Assembly (NCBI GenBank): GCA_964544335.1
Contig: CAZJAJ010000003.1
Span: forward strand, 11,589-75,588
Source: an uncultured Methanosarcinales archaeon
GTDB taxonomy: Archaea > Nanobdellota > Nanobdellia > Woesearchaeales > JABIAG01
Reading direction: 5' to 3'
DNA: 64,000 nucleotides
The notes beneath the pieces were generated by a model, which saw nothing but the letters and a program-made list of their open reading frames with translations, made no database searches and was not told the origin of the DNA. Below, piece by piece: positions 46,517 to 57,045 of this stretch (positions within the stretch are counted from its first letter, which is position 1; each line of letters starts with the position of its first letter). The position numbers and the translations under genes are program-made.

Positions 46517-47860
46517 ATGGGTTTCATGATTGAAATTCGTGCGATTGGCGGTTATGAACAAGTGGGTGGAAATATGACCGCTGTTCGTGTTGATAATGAA
46601 GTAATTATTCTTGATATGGGTCTTGAGCTGGAATCGTATATTGCAGTTGCAGAAGATGATGAAGTGTTTCACAAGGATGTGAAGGTACTTGAGAAAGTAG
46701 GTGCTATTCCAAAAGTAAGTACACTTAAGGACTGGAAGGAAAAAGTAATTGCGGTTGTTCCAAGTCATGCGCATTTAGATCATATTGGTGCAACACCATT
46801 TTTACTCAAGGAGTTTGATGTTCCTGTGTATTGTACTCCATTTACTTCTACTGTTGTGCAAAAAATTCTTGAAGATGAGAAGATCAAGGTAAAAAATCAA
46901 TTTAGAACATTGTATGCGAACTCAAAGGTGAAGCTTAGTGAGAAGATTACACTTGAGTTTATCCATGTAACGCACTCTACGCCACAAGCTGTTATTGTTG
47001 CTTTGCATACCCCATATGGTACTGTGCTGTATGCTAATGATTTCAAGTTTGATTTGTATCCTGTGCTTGGGAAGAAACCTAATTTTAAACGACTTGAAGA
47101 ACTTGGAAAAAGTGGAGAGGTTGTTGCACTGATTACTGAATCTACGTATGTTGATGATTATAGGAAGATGCCATCAGAAAGTGTTGCAAAGCAAATGCTT
47201 AAGGACATCATGATTGGAAGTTATTCACAGGGCAAGGCCATTGTGGTAACCACGTTTGCATCTCATCTTGCTCGTCTAAAAAGCATTCTTGATTTTTCAA
47301 AGAAACTTGGAAGGAAGCCTATTTTTCTTGGGCGAAGTTTTGCAAAGTACATTGATGCTGGAGAACAAACAGGTATTATTGATTTTTCAAAAGATGCTGA
47401 AATTATTAAGTATCGAACACACATTAATCGAACACTCAAAAAAGTGATGGCTTCTGGAAAAGAGAAATATGTGCTTATTGTAACTGGACACCAAGGGGAG
47501 CCAAAAGCAACGTTGTCTCGGATGGCTCGTGGAGAAACTCCATTTTCATTTGATGGAGAAGACCATATGATTTTTTCATCATCAGTTATTCCAAATCCAC
47601 TTAATCAAGAACGAAGAAAGGAACTTGAAGAGTTGTTGTCACAACATCAGGTTCGAATCTTTAAGGACATTCATGTTTCTGGCCATGCGGCAAGAGAGGA
47701 CCTTCGTGATTTACTACTCATGGTTAAGCCAAAGAATATTATTCCAACACATGGTGAGCACAAGCACAAAGGAGCGTTTTTAGATCTTGCTTTGGAGATG
47801 GGTTTTGCTCGAGATCAGGTGCATATTTTGCGTAATGGCGAGGATATTCGAGTAGATTAA
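46517..47860 (+). CDS. archaeal RNase J (beta-CASP metallo-beta-lactamase ribonuclease)
   Basis: MBL motifs (PSHAHLDHIG, H at the beta-CASP motifs) and VSGHAAREDL (motif C). Length is about 445 aa, matching aRNase J. The start may be at 46526. Confidence 0.8.
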   Translation: MGFMIEIRAIGGYEQVGGNMTAVRVDNEVIILDMGLELESYIAVAEDDEVFHKDVKVLEKVGAIPKVSTLKDWKEKVIAVVPSHAHLDHIGATPFLLKEFDVPVYCTPFTSTVVQKILEDEKIKVKNQFRTLYANSKVKLSEKITLEFIHVTHSTPQAVIVALHTPYGTVLYANDFKFDLYPVLGKKPNFKRLEELGKSGEVVALITESTYVDDYRKMPSESVAKQMLKDIMIGSYSQGKAIVVTTFASHLARLKSILDFSKKLGRKPIFLGRSFAKYIDAGEQTGIIDFSKDAEIIKYRTHINRTLKKVMASGKEKYVLIVTGHQGEPKATLSRMARGETPFSFDGEDHMIFSSSVIPNPLNQERRKELEELLSQHQVRIFKDIHVSGHAAREDLRDLLLMVKPKNIIPTHGEHKHKGAFLDLALEMGFARDQVHILRNGEDIRVD

Positions 47861-47918
47861 TTTCTTACTACAATAATGCTTATAAACAACCTCAGATTTG
47901 GTATGTTGGGGGAAACAC

Positions 47919-48665
47919 ATGAAATTAACACTTGCTGAACCAAAGTATTTGAAAGAAAGTATCAATATTATTTCTGAACTCGTAACAGAGGGTAGATTCA
48001 AGATTTCATCAAATGGAGTAGAGCTTGTTGCAATGGATCCGGCAAATGTTGCCATGGTCATTTACAAGTTACTTTCAAGCTGTTTTGTTGAATACAATAT
48101 TGAAGGTGAGAGCGAGCTGTGTGTGAACTTACATAATCTTAAGCAAGTCCTTAGACGAGCAAAACCAAATGATACGTTAACACTTGAAGTGGGTGTTGAT
48201 AATAAGCTCAATGTTATTTTAAAATCAAATACTACGCGTAAATTTTCTCTTCCTATTATTGAAATGGAAGATAAAGAGCAAAAAGTTCCTGAGCTTACTT
48301 TTCCAGTAATTGTTGAGACTGATACTTCACTTATTAGCGATGCTATTGAAGATGTAAGTGTTGTTTCTGAGAGTTTATCGTTGGTGTGTGAGCCAAGTAA
48401 ACTTACCGTTAAAGGTGAAGGGGATATTTCTAAGGCACAGATTGAAATTCCAGGTGATGAAACGACTGTTATTACTAATGATGATAGTGATCCTGTTCGA
48501 TCAAAATATTCTATTGAGTACCTTAAAAAAATGATGATGGGTGGAAAGCTTACTGATAAGGTTAAGTTATTGTTTGATAAGGACTATCCACTCAAGATCG
48601 ACTTTACTGAAGTTGATAAGGTGCAACTGAGTTTTATTCTAGCTCCAAGAGTTGAGAATAATTAG
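47919..48665 (+). CDS. pcn: DNA polymerase sliding clamp (PCNA)
   Basis: MKLTLAEPKYLKESINIISELVTEGRFKISSNGVELVAMDPANVAMV is the PCNA N-domain pattern. Length is 249 aa from the first ATG. Confidence 0.85.
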   Translation: MKLTLAEPKYLKESINIISELVTEGRFKISSNGVELVAMDPANVAMVIYKLLSSCFVEYNIEGESELCVNLHNLKQVLRRAKPNDTLTLEVGVDNKLNVILKSNTTRKFSLPIIEMEDKEQKVPELTFPVIVETDTSLISDAIEDVSVVSESLSLVCEPSKLTVKGEGDISKAQIEIPGDETTVITNDDSDPVRSKYSIEYLKKMMMGGKLTDKVKLLFDKDYPLKIDFTEVDKVQLSFILAPRVENN

Positions 48666-48858
48666 TTTTTCTTTGTAAACTCTATTCTTTTTCTTACAAT
48701 AGTTCTAAAATATTAGTGATGTACTACTCTGCAGTAGTTTAACCAGTTAACTTTATAAAGAATAGGCACGAGGGAGAGATTTATAGTCACGCATGGGGTG
48801 AAAACTATAGTATGCAGTACATTTATATATGGTAACGTCTCATATTAAAGGTTAAATA

Positions 48859-49386
48859 ATGGCGACAAAAAAGGCACCAACAAAGAAACTGATTGTAAGC
48901 ACTGTAAGCGAAGCAGTGGGCGAAGATGCGCTTGATATCGTCTTTTATCTGAAAGGAAAAAAGGACATTTCTGAGTTTACTATTGCAGAAGATCTTGACA
49001 TTGAGATCCATCAAATTAGAAATATTCTCTACCGACTTAATAATGAACACCTGGTTACGTATCGAAGAAAGAAAGATCGTGAAAAAGGGTGGTACATTAG
49101 TTATTGGACGTTTAATGACCCTAGAGTTCGTGAACTTGATTTAATTCTCAAAGAACGAAAGCTTGAGAAGTTTAAAGAGCGACTGTTTAATGAAGAGAAA
49201 AATAAGGGCAATTACTTCTTATGTCCAAGTACGTGTGTTCGAATGGATTTTCCAACGGCAACTGAGCATGATTTTAGATGCCCTGAGTGCGGAAGTATTC
49301 TTAACCAGCAAGATAATACACGAACTATTGAGATGCTGCAAGAGAAGGTTGCAGAGCTTGAAAAAGATATTAAGAAATTGAAATAA
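48859..49386 (+). CDS. tfe: transcription factor E (TFE alpha / TFIIE-alpha homolog)
   Basis: Winged helix (ALDIVFYLKGKKDISEFTIAEDLDIEIHQIRNILYRLNNEHLV) followed by a zinc ribbon (CPSTC...CPECG). Confidence 0.8.
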   Translation: MATKKAPTKKLIVSTVSEAVGEDALDIVFYLKGKKDISEFTIAEDLDIEIHQIRNILYRLNNEHLVTYRRKKDREKGWYISYWTFNDPRVRELDLILKERKLEKFKERLFNEEKNKGNYFLCPSTCVRMDFPTATEHDFRCPECGSILNQQDNTRTIEMLQEKVAELEKDIKKLK

Positions 49387-49407
49387 AAAAGTTAAGAATT
49401 ATTTTAT

Positions 49408-49677
49408 TTATTCTTCTGATCCGCCACCAAAGTTTGGTATTGCTGATCTTGAAATGATTACGATGTCACCGATGCTTCTTACTAGGTTGTGAGGTACGAG
49501 TACACCTTTTGCACCACCAAGTACAGAGCTTAAGAATGAGTTCTTTGTAGCGCGGATTCTCCACATACTTACTTTTGTTTTGGTAAGCACGAGTTCTTCT
49601 ACGTCACCGAAGTATTCTCCACCATCTGTGTATACTTTCATATCATATACGCCGGAAATTCGTTTGAGCTTTAGCAT
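49408..49677 (-). CDS. PRC-barrel domain protein
   Basis: 89 aa with MKVYTDGGEYFGDVEELVL, the G-x-V-x-D/E core typical of archaeal PRC barrels. Confidence 0.5.
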   Translation of the reverse strand: MLKLKRISGVYDMKVYTDGGEYFGDVEELVLTKTKVSMWRIRATKNSFLSSVLGGAKGVLVPHNLVRSIGDIVIISRSAIPNFGGGSEE

Positions 49678-49771
49678 GATTATCCCTCCAGACTTTCATT
49701 AGTATTTGGGCGTATTTAAATGTTTTGTAAGCGTAGCATAGGTTTTTAAAGTATAGAATAGTACTGGATCG

Positions 49772-50425
49772 ATGGTATTTGAGAACCTTAGACTGATTGG
49801 AAGCTCGCATATTTCACCAGAGTCTGTGTCTGAGATCAGAGAACTTCTGCAAGGAGACGTTGATATTGTGTGTCTTGAACTTGATAAGCAACGATTGCAT
49901 GCATTGCTTCATCCTGATGAGCAGAAACAGAAGATACGATTGCGTGATATTCTTAAGATTGGTATTAAGGGATGGCTTTTTGCAACGGTTGCTAAGTGGG
50001 GCGAGGAGAAACTTGGTAAGATGGTTGGAACAAAACCCGGTGTTGAAATGCTTGAGGCAGTAAAGATTGCATCACAGCGTCAGTTGAAGATTGGCCTTAT
50101 TGATCAGAACATCAATATTACCCTTAAACGACTTTCTAAAGCTATTACGTGGAGAGAAAAGTTGCGGTTTGTGCGAGAGCTTTTTAGGTTTAAACGTGAG
50201 ATTCCTTTTGATCTTCGAACAGTGCCTACTGAAGAAGTTATTGAGGTTCTTGTAGAAGAGATGCGGCAAAAGTTTCCATCTGTGTATCGTGTTCTTGTAG
50301 AAGAGCGAAATGTAGTGATGGCAAAGCGTCTTAGAAGATTGTGTGAAGATCATCCTGATAAGCAGATTATTGCTATTGTTGGCGCAGGACATATTAGTGG
50401 TCTTAGAGCAATGCTAGAAAGATAG
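49772..50425 (+). CDS. TraB/GumN-family protein
   Basis: LIGSSHISPESVSEIRELLQGDVDIVCLELDKQR matches the TraB N-terminal motif (GTAHVS...PD.VAVEL). The C-terminus has GAGHISGL. Confidence 0.7.
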   Translation: MVFENLRLIGSSHISPESVSEIRELLQGDVDIVCLELDKQRLHALLHPDEQKQKIRLRDILKIGIKGWLFATVAKWGEEKLGKMVGTKPGVEMLEAVKIASQRQLKIGLIDQNINITLKRLSKAITWREKLRFVRELFRFKREIPFDLRTVPTEEVIEVLVEEMRQKFPSVYRVLVEERNVVMAKRLRRLCEDHPDKQIIAIVGAGHISGLRAMLER

Positions 50426-50447
50426 ATTTAAATATCTTGTTTGCCAG

Positions 50448-51191
50448 ATGTTTTCTATGAGTCGATTTTGGAAACGCGTATTTTCTTATACAAGCACTGA
50501 ATTGTTGTTCATGCTTGTTACGTCATTTATTTCCGGAGTGCTCATTAGTTTTAGAAAATGGGGTGGTGAAACCTTTGATCTTAATCTTGGGATTGAGAAT
50601 TTAGTAATTAGTACGCTGTTTTCTTTTATTGCGCTATTTATTTTTGTGAGTGGACAGAAATTTTATGCGGTGCGTAAAGGATTTACTCACGAATATCGAA
50701 TTAATCACTACGGTCTTGTTATTGCACTGTTCTTGGCAGTGTTTGTTGATGGCATTTTGTACTTTCTTGCACCAGGGTATGTGCTGTTTGTTCAGACAGA
50801 TAAACCGCGTGTTGGAAAGTGGAGATATCGACCTTACTTTCATGAGTATGGATATGGTGTTCAGCATGGATTGTATGTGCTTTTAGTTGTTGCTGCATTA
50901 TTTGCTGCAATTCCTCATCCACTTACATTTGAGTTTGCACGTATTTGTTTACTGTTTGCAATGTTTAGTCTTGTGCCATTTCCATTGTGGAGCGGTATGC
51001 AACTCTTCTTTGCTTCCATTTATCAGTATGCGTTCGTGTGTAGCTTTGTAATTGGATTTAGTGTGCTGCTGCTCTTTGTTGGGTTTTGGTGGGCTCTGCT
51101 GCTTGGTCTTGTGCTTGGCGTTATTGCATTCTTTTTGGGATGGAGATTTGCTGAGAAGAGAGGCGGCATGGGCGGATTGTTTTATGATTGA
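50448..51191 (+). CDS. polytopic membrane protein (hypothetical)
   Basis: 247 aa with 6-7 predicted hydrophobic helices. Confidence 0.45.
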   Translation: MFSMSRFWKRVFSYTSTELLFMLVTSFISGVLISFRKWGGETFDLNLGIENLVISTLFSFIALFIFVSGQKFYAVRKGFTHEYRINHYGLVIALFLAVFVDGILYFLAPGYVLFVQTDKPRVGKWRYRPYFHEYGYGVQHGLYVLLVVAALFAAIPHPLTFEFARICLLFAMFSLVPFPLWSGMQLFFASIYQYAFVCSFVIGFSVLLLFVGFWWALLLGLVLGVIAFFLGWRFAEKRGGMGGLFYD

Positions 51192-51204
51192 ACATAATGT
51201 GTTC

Positions 51205-51492
51205 TTACGCAAATAGACTTGCGATTCCTTTCTGGAGAAGATATATTGCTGGAATGAAATCAAGTAGTGTTACAAATCCAAGGAAGATGATTAGAGAGTA
51301 AAGTCCGCATGCACCATCAATGTAGGATTGTGCGTTATCTCTAAACATGACGATTTTTATGATTGCGTAGAGTATAATGAGTACAGGTATCTTCCACCAT
51401 GTTAATCCAAAGTGCAGTGCGACTATTCCTAGTGCTGCAAGAATGTCAAGTGCACCCATTACTTTTACGATCATAGGACCTCCACTGAACAA
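51205..51492 (-). CDS. small membrane protein (hypothetical)
   Basis: 95 aa with three hydrophobic segments. Confidence 0.35.
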   Translation of the reverse strand: MFSGGPMIVKVMGALDILAALGIVALHFGLTWWKIPVLIILYAIIKIVMFRDNAQSYIDGACGLYSLIIFLGFVTLLDFIPAIYLLQKGIASLFA

Positions 51493-51524
51493 AAGTATAT
51501 AAATCTTCAGCTTGATCGTTTTGT

Positions 51525-53717
51525 ATGCTTCAAAATCTTAATCCCAGGTTGTATCAGCAGACTATTCTTGCAACATGTGCAGAAAAAAATAGTTTAGTGG
51601 TGCTTCCTACAGGGATGGGAAAGTCCATTATTTTTGTGATGCTTATTGCGCAGCGACTTAAGCAATATCCTAAATCTAAGGCAATGATTCTTGTTCCCAC
51701 AAAACCTCTTGCAGAACAGCATGTGAAAACGATTGAGCAATTTTTAGATGTGAGTGTTGCGTTGTTTACGGGAGCAATTAAGGCAGAAAAGCGAGCAGAG
51801 ATGTTTGCAGAAACGCAGGTTATTGTGTCAACGCCGCAGGGTCTTGAGAACGATGTGGTTGCTGGAAGAATTTCATTTAAGGATGTGTCTTTGCTGGTTT
51901 TTGATGAGTGTCATAGAGCAACGGGCGACTACTCATATGTGTGGCTTGCAAAGCACTACATGCAACATGCCAACTATACGCGCATTCTTGGTCTTACTGC
52001 AAGTCCAGGAAGTGATCTTGAAGGGATTAAGGAAGTGTGTCATAATTTGTTTGTGGAAGCCATTGAAGTTCGAACAAAAGATGATCCTGATGTGAAGCCC
52101 TATATTCAAGAGGTTGAAACAACGTTTGTTGAAGTTGCACTTGATGATCGTTTCAGAAAGGTGCTTGAACATCTTAACTTACTGATTAAAGATCGATACA
52201 ATCAACTTCTTACGCTTGGTACCGTGAAGCAAAAAAAACCGTTGCTGAGTAGAAGAGATGTACTCTCTTTGCAAGCAGAACTTCGAACACAGCTGAGTCA
52301 GGGCGATAAAAGTTTTGACATACTCAAGTCACTTTCTATTGCAGCAGAAATTATGAAGGTACAACATGCTGTTGAACTTGTTGAGACACAGGGACTGCAT
52401 GCATTAAAGAAATATTTTGATAAGATGATCAATGATAGTGTGAAGACATCAACAAAAGCCGTTAAGCGTATTGTTGCAGACATTCATTTTCGTTCTGCAA
52501 AGATTCTTACTGACAGCATGATTGAAGAGGGCATAGAACATCCAAAGTTTGCTGCACTTCTTGATCTTGTAAGAACACATAAAGAGGGGAAGATTATTGT
52601 ATTTAATCAGTATAGAGACAATGCTGCAAAGATAGTTTCTGCACTTAATGAAATTGAAGGTGTGAGCGCACAATTGTTTGTTGGTCAGGCAAAGAAAAAT
52701 GGAACTGGTCTTTCTCAAAAAGAACAGAAAGAAATGATTGAAGCATTTTCAAATGAAGAATTCAATGTTATTGTGATGACTTCTGTTGGTGAGGAAGGTC
52801 TTGATATTCCTAGTGTGGGTTTGGTGGTATTTTTTGAACCTGTTCCTTCTGCTATTCGAAGTATACAGCGTAGTGGTCGTACAGGAAGACTTGAAGGTGG
52901 AAAAGTACTTGTGCTGGTTGCAAAGGGAACACGTGATGAAGCACATCGATGGAGTGCACATCACAAAGAACGAAAAATGTATGATGTGCTTTCTAACTTG
53001 AAAAAAAGTGTTGGATTCATTAAGGAAGCACAGGAACAACAAACACTCATGGATGTGGTAAGTGAGAAAGTTATTATTCATGTCGATCATAGAGAAAAAG
53101 CAAGTAAAGCCATTAAAGTGCTTCTTGAGAAGGGAGTGAAGATTGAACTTGCACAACTTGAGGTAGCAGATTACATTCTATCAGAGGATGTGGGTGTTGA
53201 ACTTAAGAACATTCAGGATTTTGTGAATAGTATTGTTGATGGGCGACTGCTTGGACAGATCAAAGATTTGAAGTATAATTTCAAGCGGCCAATTCTTATT
53301 CTTGAGGGAGATGAAGATATTTTTTCAGTTCGAAATATTCATCCTAATTCTATTCGGGGAATGCTTGCAACGATTGCCGTTGATTTTGGTATTGCCATTA
53401 TCCCTACTCGTAATTACAAGGAAACTGCTGAGATGTTGTATGCTATTGCAAAACGTGAGCAAACAGAACGTACCCATTCATTTAGTCCAAATCCTACGAA
53501 GAGAGGGATTAGTCTTGAAGAACAACAAGTGCATTTTGTAGGTGGTCTTCCAGAGATTGGTGAGAAGCTTGCAAAAGAGTTACTTGATGTGTTTGGTAGT
53601 CCTTCAAACATTGTAAATGCATCGGTGGATGAACTTAAAACGGTTGAGAAAATCGGGACAATTAAGGCAAAGAAGCTTCGTGAATTATTTGATCATTCTC
53701 AGTTGAAAGAAAAGTAA
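51525..53717 (+). CDS. hef: Hef helicase-nuclease (SF2 helicase plus ERCC4 nuclease plus HhH2), FANCM/XPF family
   Basis: Helicase motifs PTGMGKS, DECHRATG and a QRSGRTGR-type motif VI. ERCC4 nuclease domain (HVDHREKASKAIKVL...ADYIL...ERK context). C-terminal HhH2 (GGLPEIGEKLAKELL). Confidence 0.85.
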   Translation: MLQNLNPRLYQQTILATCAEKNSLVVLPTGMGKSIIFVMLIAQRLKQYPKSKAMILVPTKPLAEQHVKTIEQFLDVSVALFTGAIKAEKRAEMFAETQVIVSTPQGLENDVVAGRISFKDVSLLVFDECHRATGDYSYVWLAKHYMQHANYTRILGLTASPGSDLEGIKEVCHNLFVEAIEVRTKDDPDVKPYIQEVETTFVEVALDDRFRKVLEHLNLLIKDRYNQLLTLGTVKQKKPLLSRRDVLSLQAELRTQLSQGDKSFDILKSLSIAAEIMKVQHAVELVETQGLHALKKYFDKMINDSVKTSTKAVKRIVADIHFRSAKILTDSMIEEGIEHPKFAALLDLVRTHKEGKIIVFNQYRDNAAKIVSALNEIEGVSAQLFVGQAKKNGTGLSQKEQKEMIEAFSNEEFNVIVMTSVGEEGLDIPSVGLVVFFEPVPSAIRSIQRSGRTGRLEGGKVLVLVAKGTRDEAHRWSAHHKERKMYDVLSNLKKSVGFIKEAQEQQTLMDVVSEKVIIHVDHREKASKAIKVLLEKGVKIELAQLEVADYILSEDVGVELKNIQDFVNSIVDGRLLGQIKDLKYNFKRPILILEGDEDIFSVRNIHPNSIRGMLATIAVDFGIAIIPTRNYKETAEMLYAIAKREQTERTHSFSPNPTKRGISLEEQQVHFVGGLPEIGEKLAKELLDVFGSPSNIVNASVDELKTVEKIGTIKAKKLRELFDHSQLKEK

Positions 53718-54548
53718 TTAGAACGACATTTCTCTTAGTCGTTTAACACGTTCTGTTGTTGCAGGATGTGTTGAGAACCAACTCATGAAATTTTTTCCTT
53801 TGAGAGGGTTTACTATGAAAAGTGATGCAGTTGATTCATTTCCAAATCCTATTTTTGTGTGACTCTGTTCTAATTTTTCAAGTGCACTTGCAAGTGCGTT
53901 TGGATTTTTTGTAAATGATGCACCCGTTTTATCTGCATAAAATTCTCTTACTCGCGAGATGGATAATTGAATGATTGTTGCAAGTAGTGGTGTGAGTATG
54001 ATGAGTAACATCAATCGTATGAGGTCTGCACCATCTCTATCTCTTCCTCCGCCAAAGATTGCTGCCCATTGGGCCATGTTTGCAATAAATGCAATGACTC
54101 CTGCAATGGTTGCTGCAATGGTAGTGATAAGTGTGTCTCTATTTTTTATGTGCGCAAGTTCGTGTGCAATAACACCTTCTAGTTCATCATCAGTGAGTGC
54201 TGCGATGATTCCTTCTGTACATGCAACTGCTGAATGTGCAGGGTTTCTTCCTGTTGCAAATGCATTTGGTTGATGCGTTGGAATGATGCATACTTTTGGC
54301 ATAGGAAGATGTGCTTGTTTTGCAACACGTGCAACCATGTCGTAGAGCTTTCCACTCTTTACTTCTTTTGCTTTGTACATTTTGAGTACAATTTTGTCAG
54401 AAAACCAATAGCTGCCCACATTCATTCCAACACAAAAGATGAATGCAATAACAAGGCCAGAAGTTCCCCAGAAACTTCCTACCCAGAGCAGTATTGCTGT
54501 AAGTAGTGAAAGGAGCATGAGTGTCTTTAATTGGTTTGTATATGACAT
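53718..54548 (-). CDS. htpX: HtpX-like M48 zinc metalloprotease
   Basis: N-terminal transmembrane helices and a HEXXH zincin motif (GVIAHELAHIKNRD). Confidence 0.85.
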   Translation of the reverse strand: MSYTNQLKTLMLLSLLTAILLWVGSFWGTSGLVIAFIFCVGMNVGSYWFSDKIVLKMYKAKEVKSGKLYDMVARVAKQAHLPMPKVCIIPTHQPNAFATGRNPAHSAVACTEGIIAALTDDELEGVIAHELAHIKNRDTLITTIAATIAGVIAFIANMAQWAAIFGGGRDRDGADLIRLMLLIILTPLLATIIQLSISRVREFYADKTGASFTKNPNALASALEKLEQSHTKIGFGNESTASLFIVNPLKGKNFMSWFSTHPATTERVKRLREMSF

Positions 54549-54636
54549 ATTTTTAGGGTATACGAAGGTGTATTTATATTTTCTGAATGTGGCACAATAG
54601 TAATGTTCTTAAATTTAGAGTGGTTTGTTGCGTAAT

Positions 54637-56010
54637 ATGGGGGGAGCTGAACAACAACTAGATAAGGAAAAAGTTCTTGCGTGGTATGCACGAGAGGATG
54701 TTCAAGATGCTATTTGTAGTGAAGCTTCTGGAAAAGAAATTGGAGTAAAATATGAGTGGGGGTATGGGAAGCGTCCTGATATTATTGCAACACCTGCTGA
54801 TGTGTATGAGCTTGCAAAAGAAGGTGCTACTTCATTTCATTTCTCTGAAGAAATTTGGTTTAATCCTTTGCAGATTAGTTCTAAATTAAGTATCAAAGAA
54901 CTTGGTGAACTTAGAAAGGGATGGGATTTAATTATTGACATTGATACTCCCCACTTTGAGTATTCAAGAGTTGCAGCGCACTATATTATACAGGCACTTA
55001 AGCATTATGGGATTAGCACGATTAGTTGTAAGTTTTCTGGCAATCATGGTTTTCATATTGGTGTTCCATTTGAAGCATTTCCACCTGTATTATATGATAA
55101 ACAAGTTCGCGTTTTATTTCCTGAAGCACCAAGAAAAGTTGCAGGATTTTTGAAAAGTAAAGTTGAGAAATTTATTCTGCGAGATTTATTTGCAAAAGAA
55201 AATAGAGAACAGATTGCACAAAATGTTGGCAAAGAGGTGAGTGAGATCTCAACAGAATCCATGGATGCTATTGTTGATGTTGATACGGTCCTTATTAGTA
55301 GTCGACATTTGTGCAGAATGCCGTATGTGTTTAATGAGAAGAGTGGACTGGTTTCTATTACTATCGATCCTGATGATGTACTGACATTTAATAGAGAAGA
55401 TGCAACGCCTGAAAAGATTACAGAGATTCTTCCATTTATGGATCGAGCTAAAGCCGTTGCTGGCGAGGCAAAGCGATTGTTTGTCGAAGCATATGATAGT
55501 GGTTTTGAGACAGTTGCATATAATACTATTAAGAGTGCAATAGAAAAAGAGGTTACGTATGAACAAATTAAAGATGCTGCTCCTGAAGAATCATTTCCTC
55601 CATGTGTTAAGTTAATGCTTGGTGTGATGGATGATGGTAAAAAGCGTGCCGTGTTTGCACTTATGCATTTTCTTAAAACCGTTGGTTGGAGTCATGAAGC
55701 CATTGAAGCAAGGCTGCTAGAGTGGAATAGTCAGCAAAAAGAGCCACTCAAAGAAACGTATATTAGAGGGCAGCTTCGTTACTTTAAGACGCAATCTGGA
55801 AAGCTTCCACCTAATTGTGATAATGAAGCGTATTACAAAGGTATTGGTGTGTGTAAACCCGATAGTCTTTGTAGGACGATAAATAATCCTGTAAGTTATA
55901 CTAAACGACGTTTATTTCATCTGCAGAATTCTACGAAGGATAAGAAAAAGCCCAAGAGAAGCCCTCTAGCAAAGAAACAGGGCAAGGGCAACATTTATAA
56001 AGCCACCTAA
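54637..56010 (+). CDS. priS: DNA primase small (catalytic) subunit PriS, with basic C-terminal extension
   Basis: Catalytic region LIIDIDTPHF and GNHGFHIGVPFEAF (D-x-D and the His of AEP primases), plus a Cys-containing C-terminus. The start is at the first ATG. The track ORF uses an upstream TTG. Confidence 0.8.
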   Translation: MGGAEQQLDKEKVLAWYAREDVQDAICSEASGKEIGVKYEWGYGKRPDIIATPADVYELAKEGATSFHFSEEIWFNPLQISSKLSIKELGELRKGWDLIIDIDTPHFEYSRVAAHYIIQALKHYGISTISCKFSGNHGFHIGVPFEAFPPVLYDKQVRVLFPEAPRKVAGFLKSKVEKFILRDLFAKENREQIAQNVGKEVSEISTESMDAIVDVDTVLISSRHLCRMPYVFNEKSGLVSITIDPDDVLTFNREDATPEKITEILPFMDRAKAVAGEAKRLFVEAYDSGFETVAYNTIKSAIEKEVTYEQIKDAAPEESFPPCVKLMLGVMDDGKKRAVFALMHFLKTVGWSHEAIEARLLEWNSQQKEPLKETYIRGQLRYFKTQSGKLPPNCDNEAYYKGIGVCKPDSLCRTINNPVSYTKRRLFHLQNSTKDKKKPKRSPLAKKQGKGNIYKAT

Positions 56011-56115
56011 AATCCTTTGCCAAGTATCTGAAATGGTTCGGATATGTGCCTGAAAAAAGACGTTTTTCGGGGCAGATATAGCCCTTACGTTCTTACAGGA
56101 AATTAATACAAACAA

Positions 56116-57045
56116 ATGAAACGAGTAAATCCACGACACGGAAGTATGCAATTTTGGCCTAGAAAACGGGCTAAGAGTATTCTTGCTAGAGTTAGATCCT
56201 GGCCTGCTGGTAAGGATGTAAAACCATCTGGATTTCTGGGTTACAAAGTGGGTATGGCACACATTGTGGGCACAGATCCTACCGCAAAGAACGCACCGAT
56301 TACTGTTCCTTGCACCATTCTCGAATGCCCACCAATGAAAATTCTTTCTGCTCGATTCTACAAACATAATCAATTACAAACCGAAGTTCTTAATCACACC
56401 CTTGACGACGATCTTAAGCGAACTATTGATCTTCCAAAGAAGAAAGATAAGACGCTTGACACTGTTGAGAAAGAGTTTGATGAAATTCGATTACTTGTTT
56501 ACACGCAACCAAAACTTACTACTATTGGTAAGAAAAAACCTGATGTGTTTGAACTTGGTCTTGGTGGCAAAGAACAACTTGACTGGGTAAAAGAACACTT
56601 CGATAAAACCATTGCTCTTAGTGATGTGTTTTCTGAAGGTGATCTGGTTGATGCACACGCAATTACTACTGGTAAAGGTTACCAAGGTGTAATTAAGCGA
56701 TTTGGTGTTGCACTTAAGGCAAAAAAATCCGAAAAGGGTCAACGTCAAGTTGGTGCACGTTCTGGTGCTTGGTCTGCTCAAGGACACATGATGTATCGTG
56801 TTCCACAGGCAGGTAAGATGGGCTATCACACTCGAACTGAATATAACAAAAAAATTCTTATCATTGGCGAATCACTTGAAAAACAAGAAGGATTCAAACG
56901 TTACGGTCAGGTAAAAAATACCTATGTTGCAATCAAAGGGAGTATTGGTGGTCCTGTTAAGCGACCTGTTAAACTTACTGTTGCTTCAAGGCCAAGTAAA
57001 CGACTTGGTAAACAAACTATCAATAATATGAAGGTGATTCTATGA
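56116..57045 (+). CDS. rpl3: 50S ribosomal protein uL3
   Basis: HGSMQFWPRKRAKS...GYKVGMAHIV...TTGKGYQGVIKRFGV. Confidence 0.9.
   Translation: MKRVNPRHGSMQFWPRKRAKSILARVRSWPAGKDVKPSGFLGYKVGMAHIVGTDPTAKNAPITVPCTILECPPMKILSARFYKHNQLQTEVLNHTLDDDLKRTIDLPKKKDKTLDTVEKEFDEIRLLVYTQPKLTTIGKKKPDVFELGLGGKEQLDWVKEHFDKTIALSDVFSEGDLVDAHAITTGKGYQGVIKRFGVALKAKKSEKGQRQVGARSGAWSAQGHMMYRVPQAGKMGYHTRTEYNKKILIIGESLEKQEGFKRYGQVKNTYVAIKGSIGGPVKRPVKLTVASRPSKRLGKQTINNMKVIL

Noticed and set aside
48666-48858. 193-nt gap between PCNA and tfe as a possible ncRNA locus
   Set aside because: It contains a short hairpin (TACTAC-tctgca-GTAGTA) just after PCNA, consistent with a terminator-like element, and a TATA box for tfe. 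There are no conserved ncRNA motifs.
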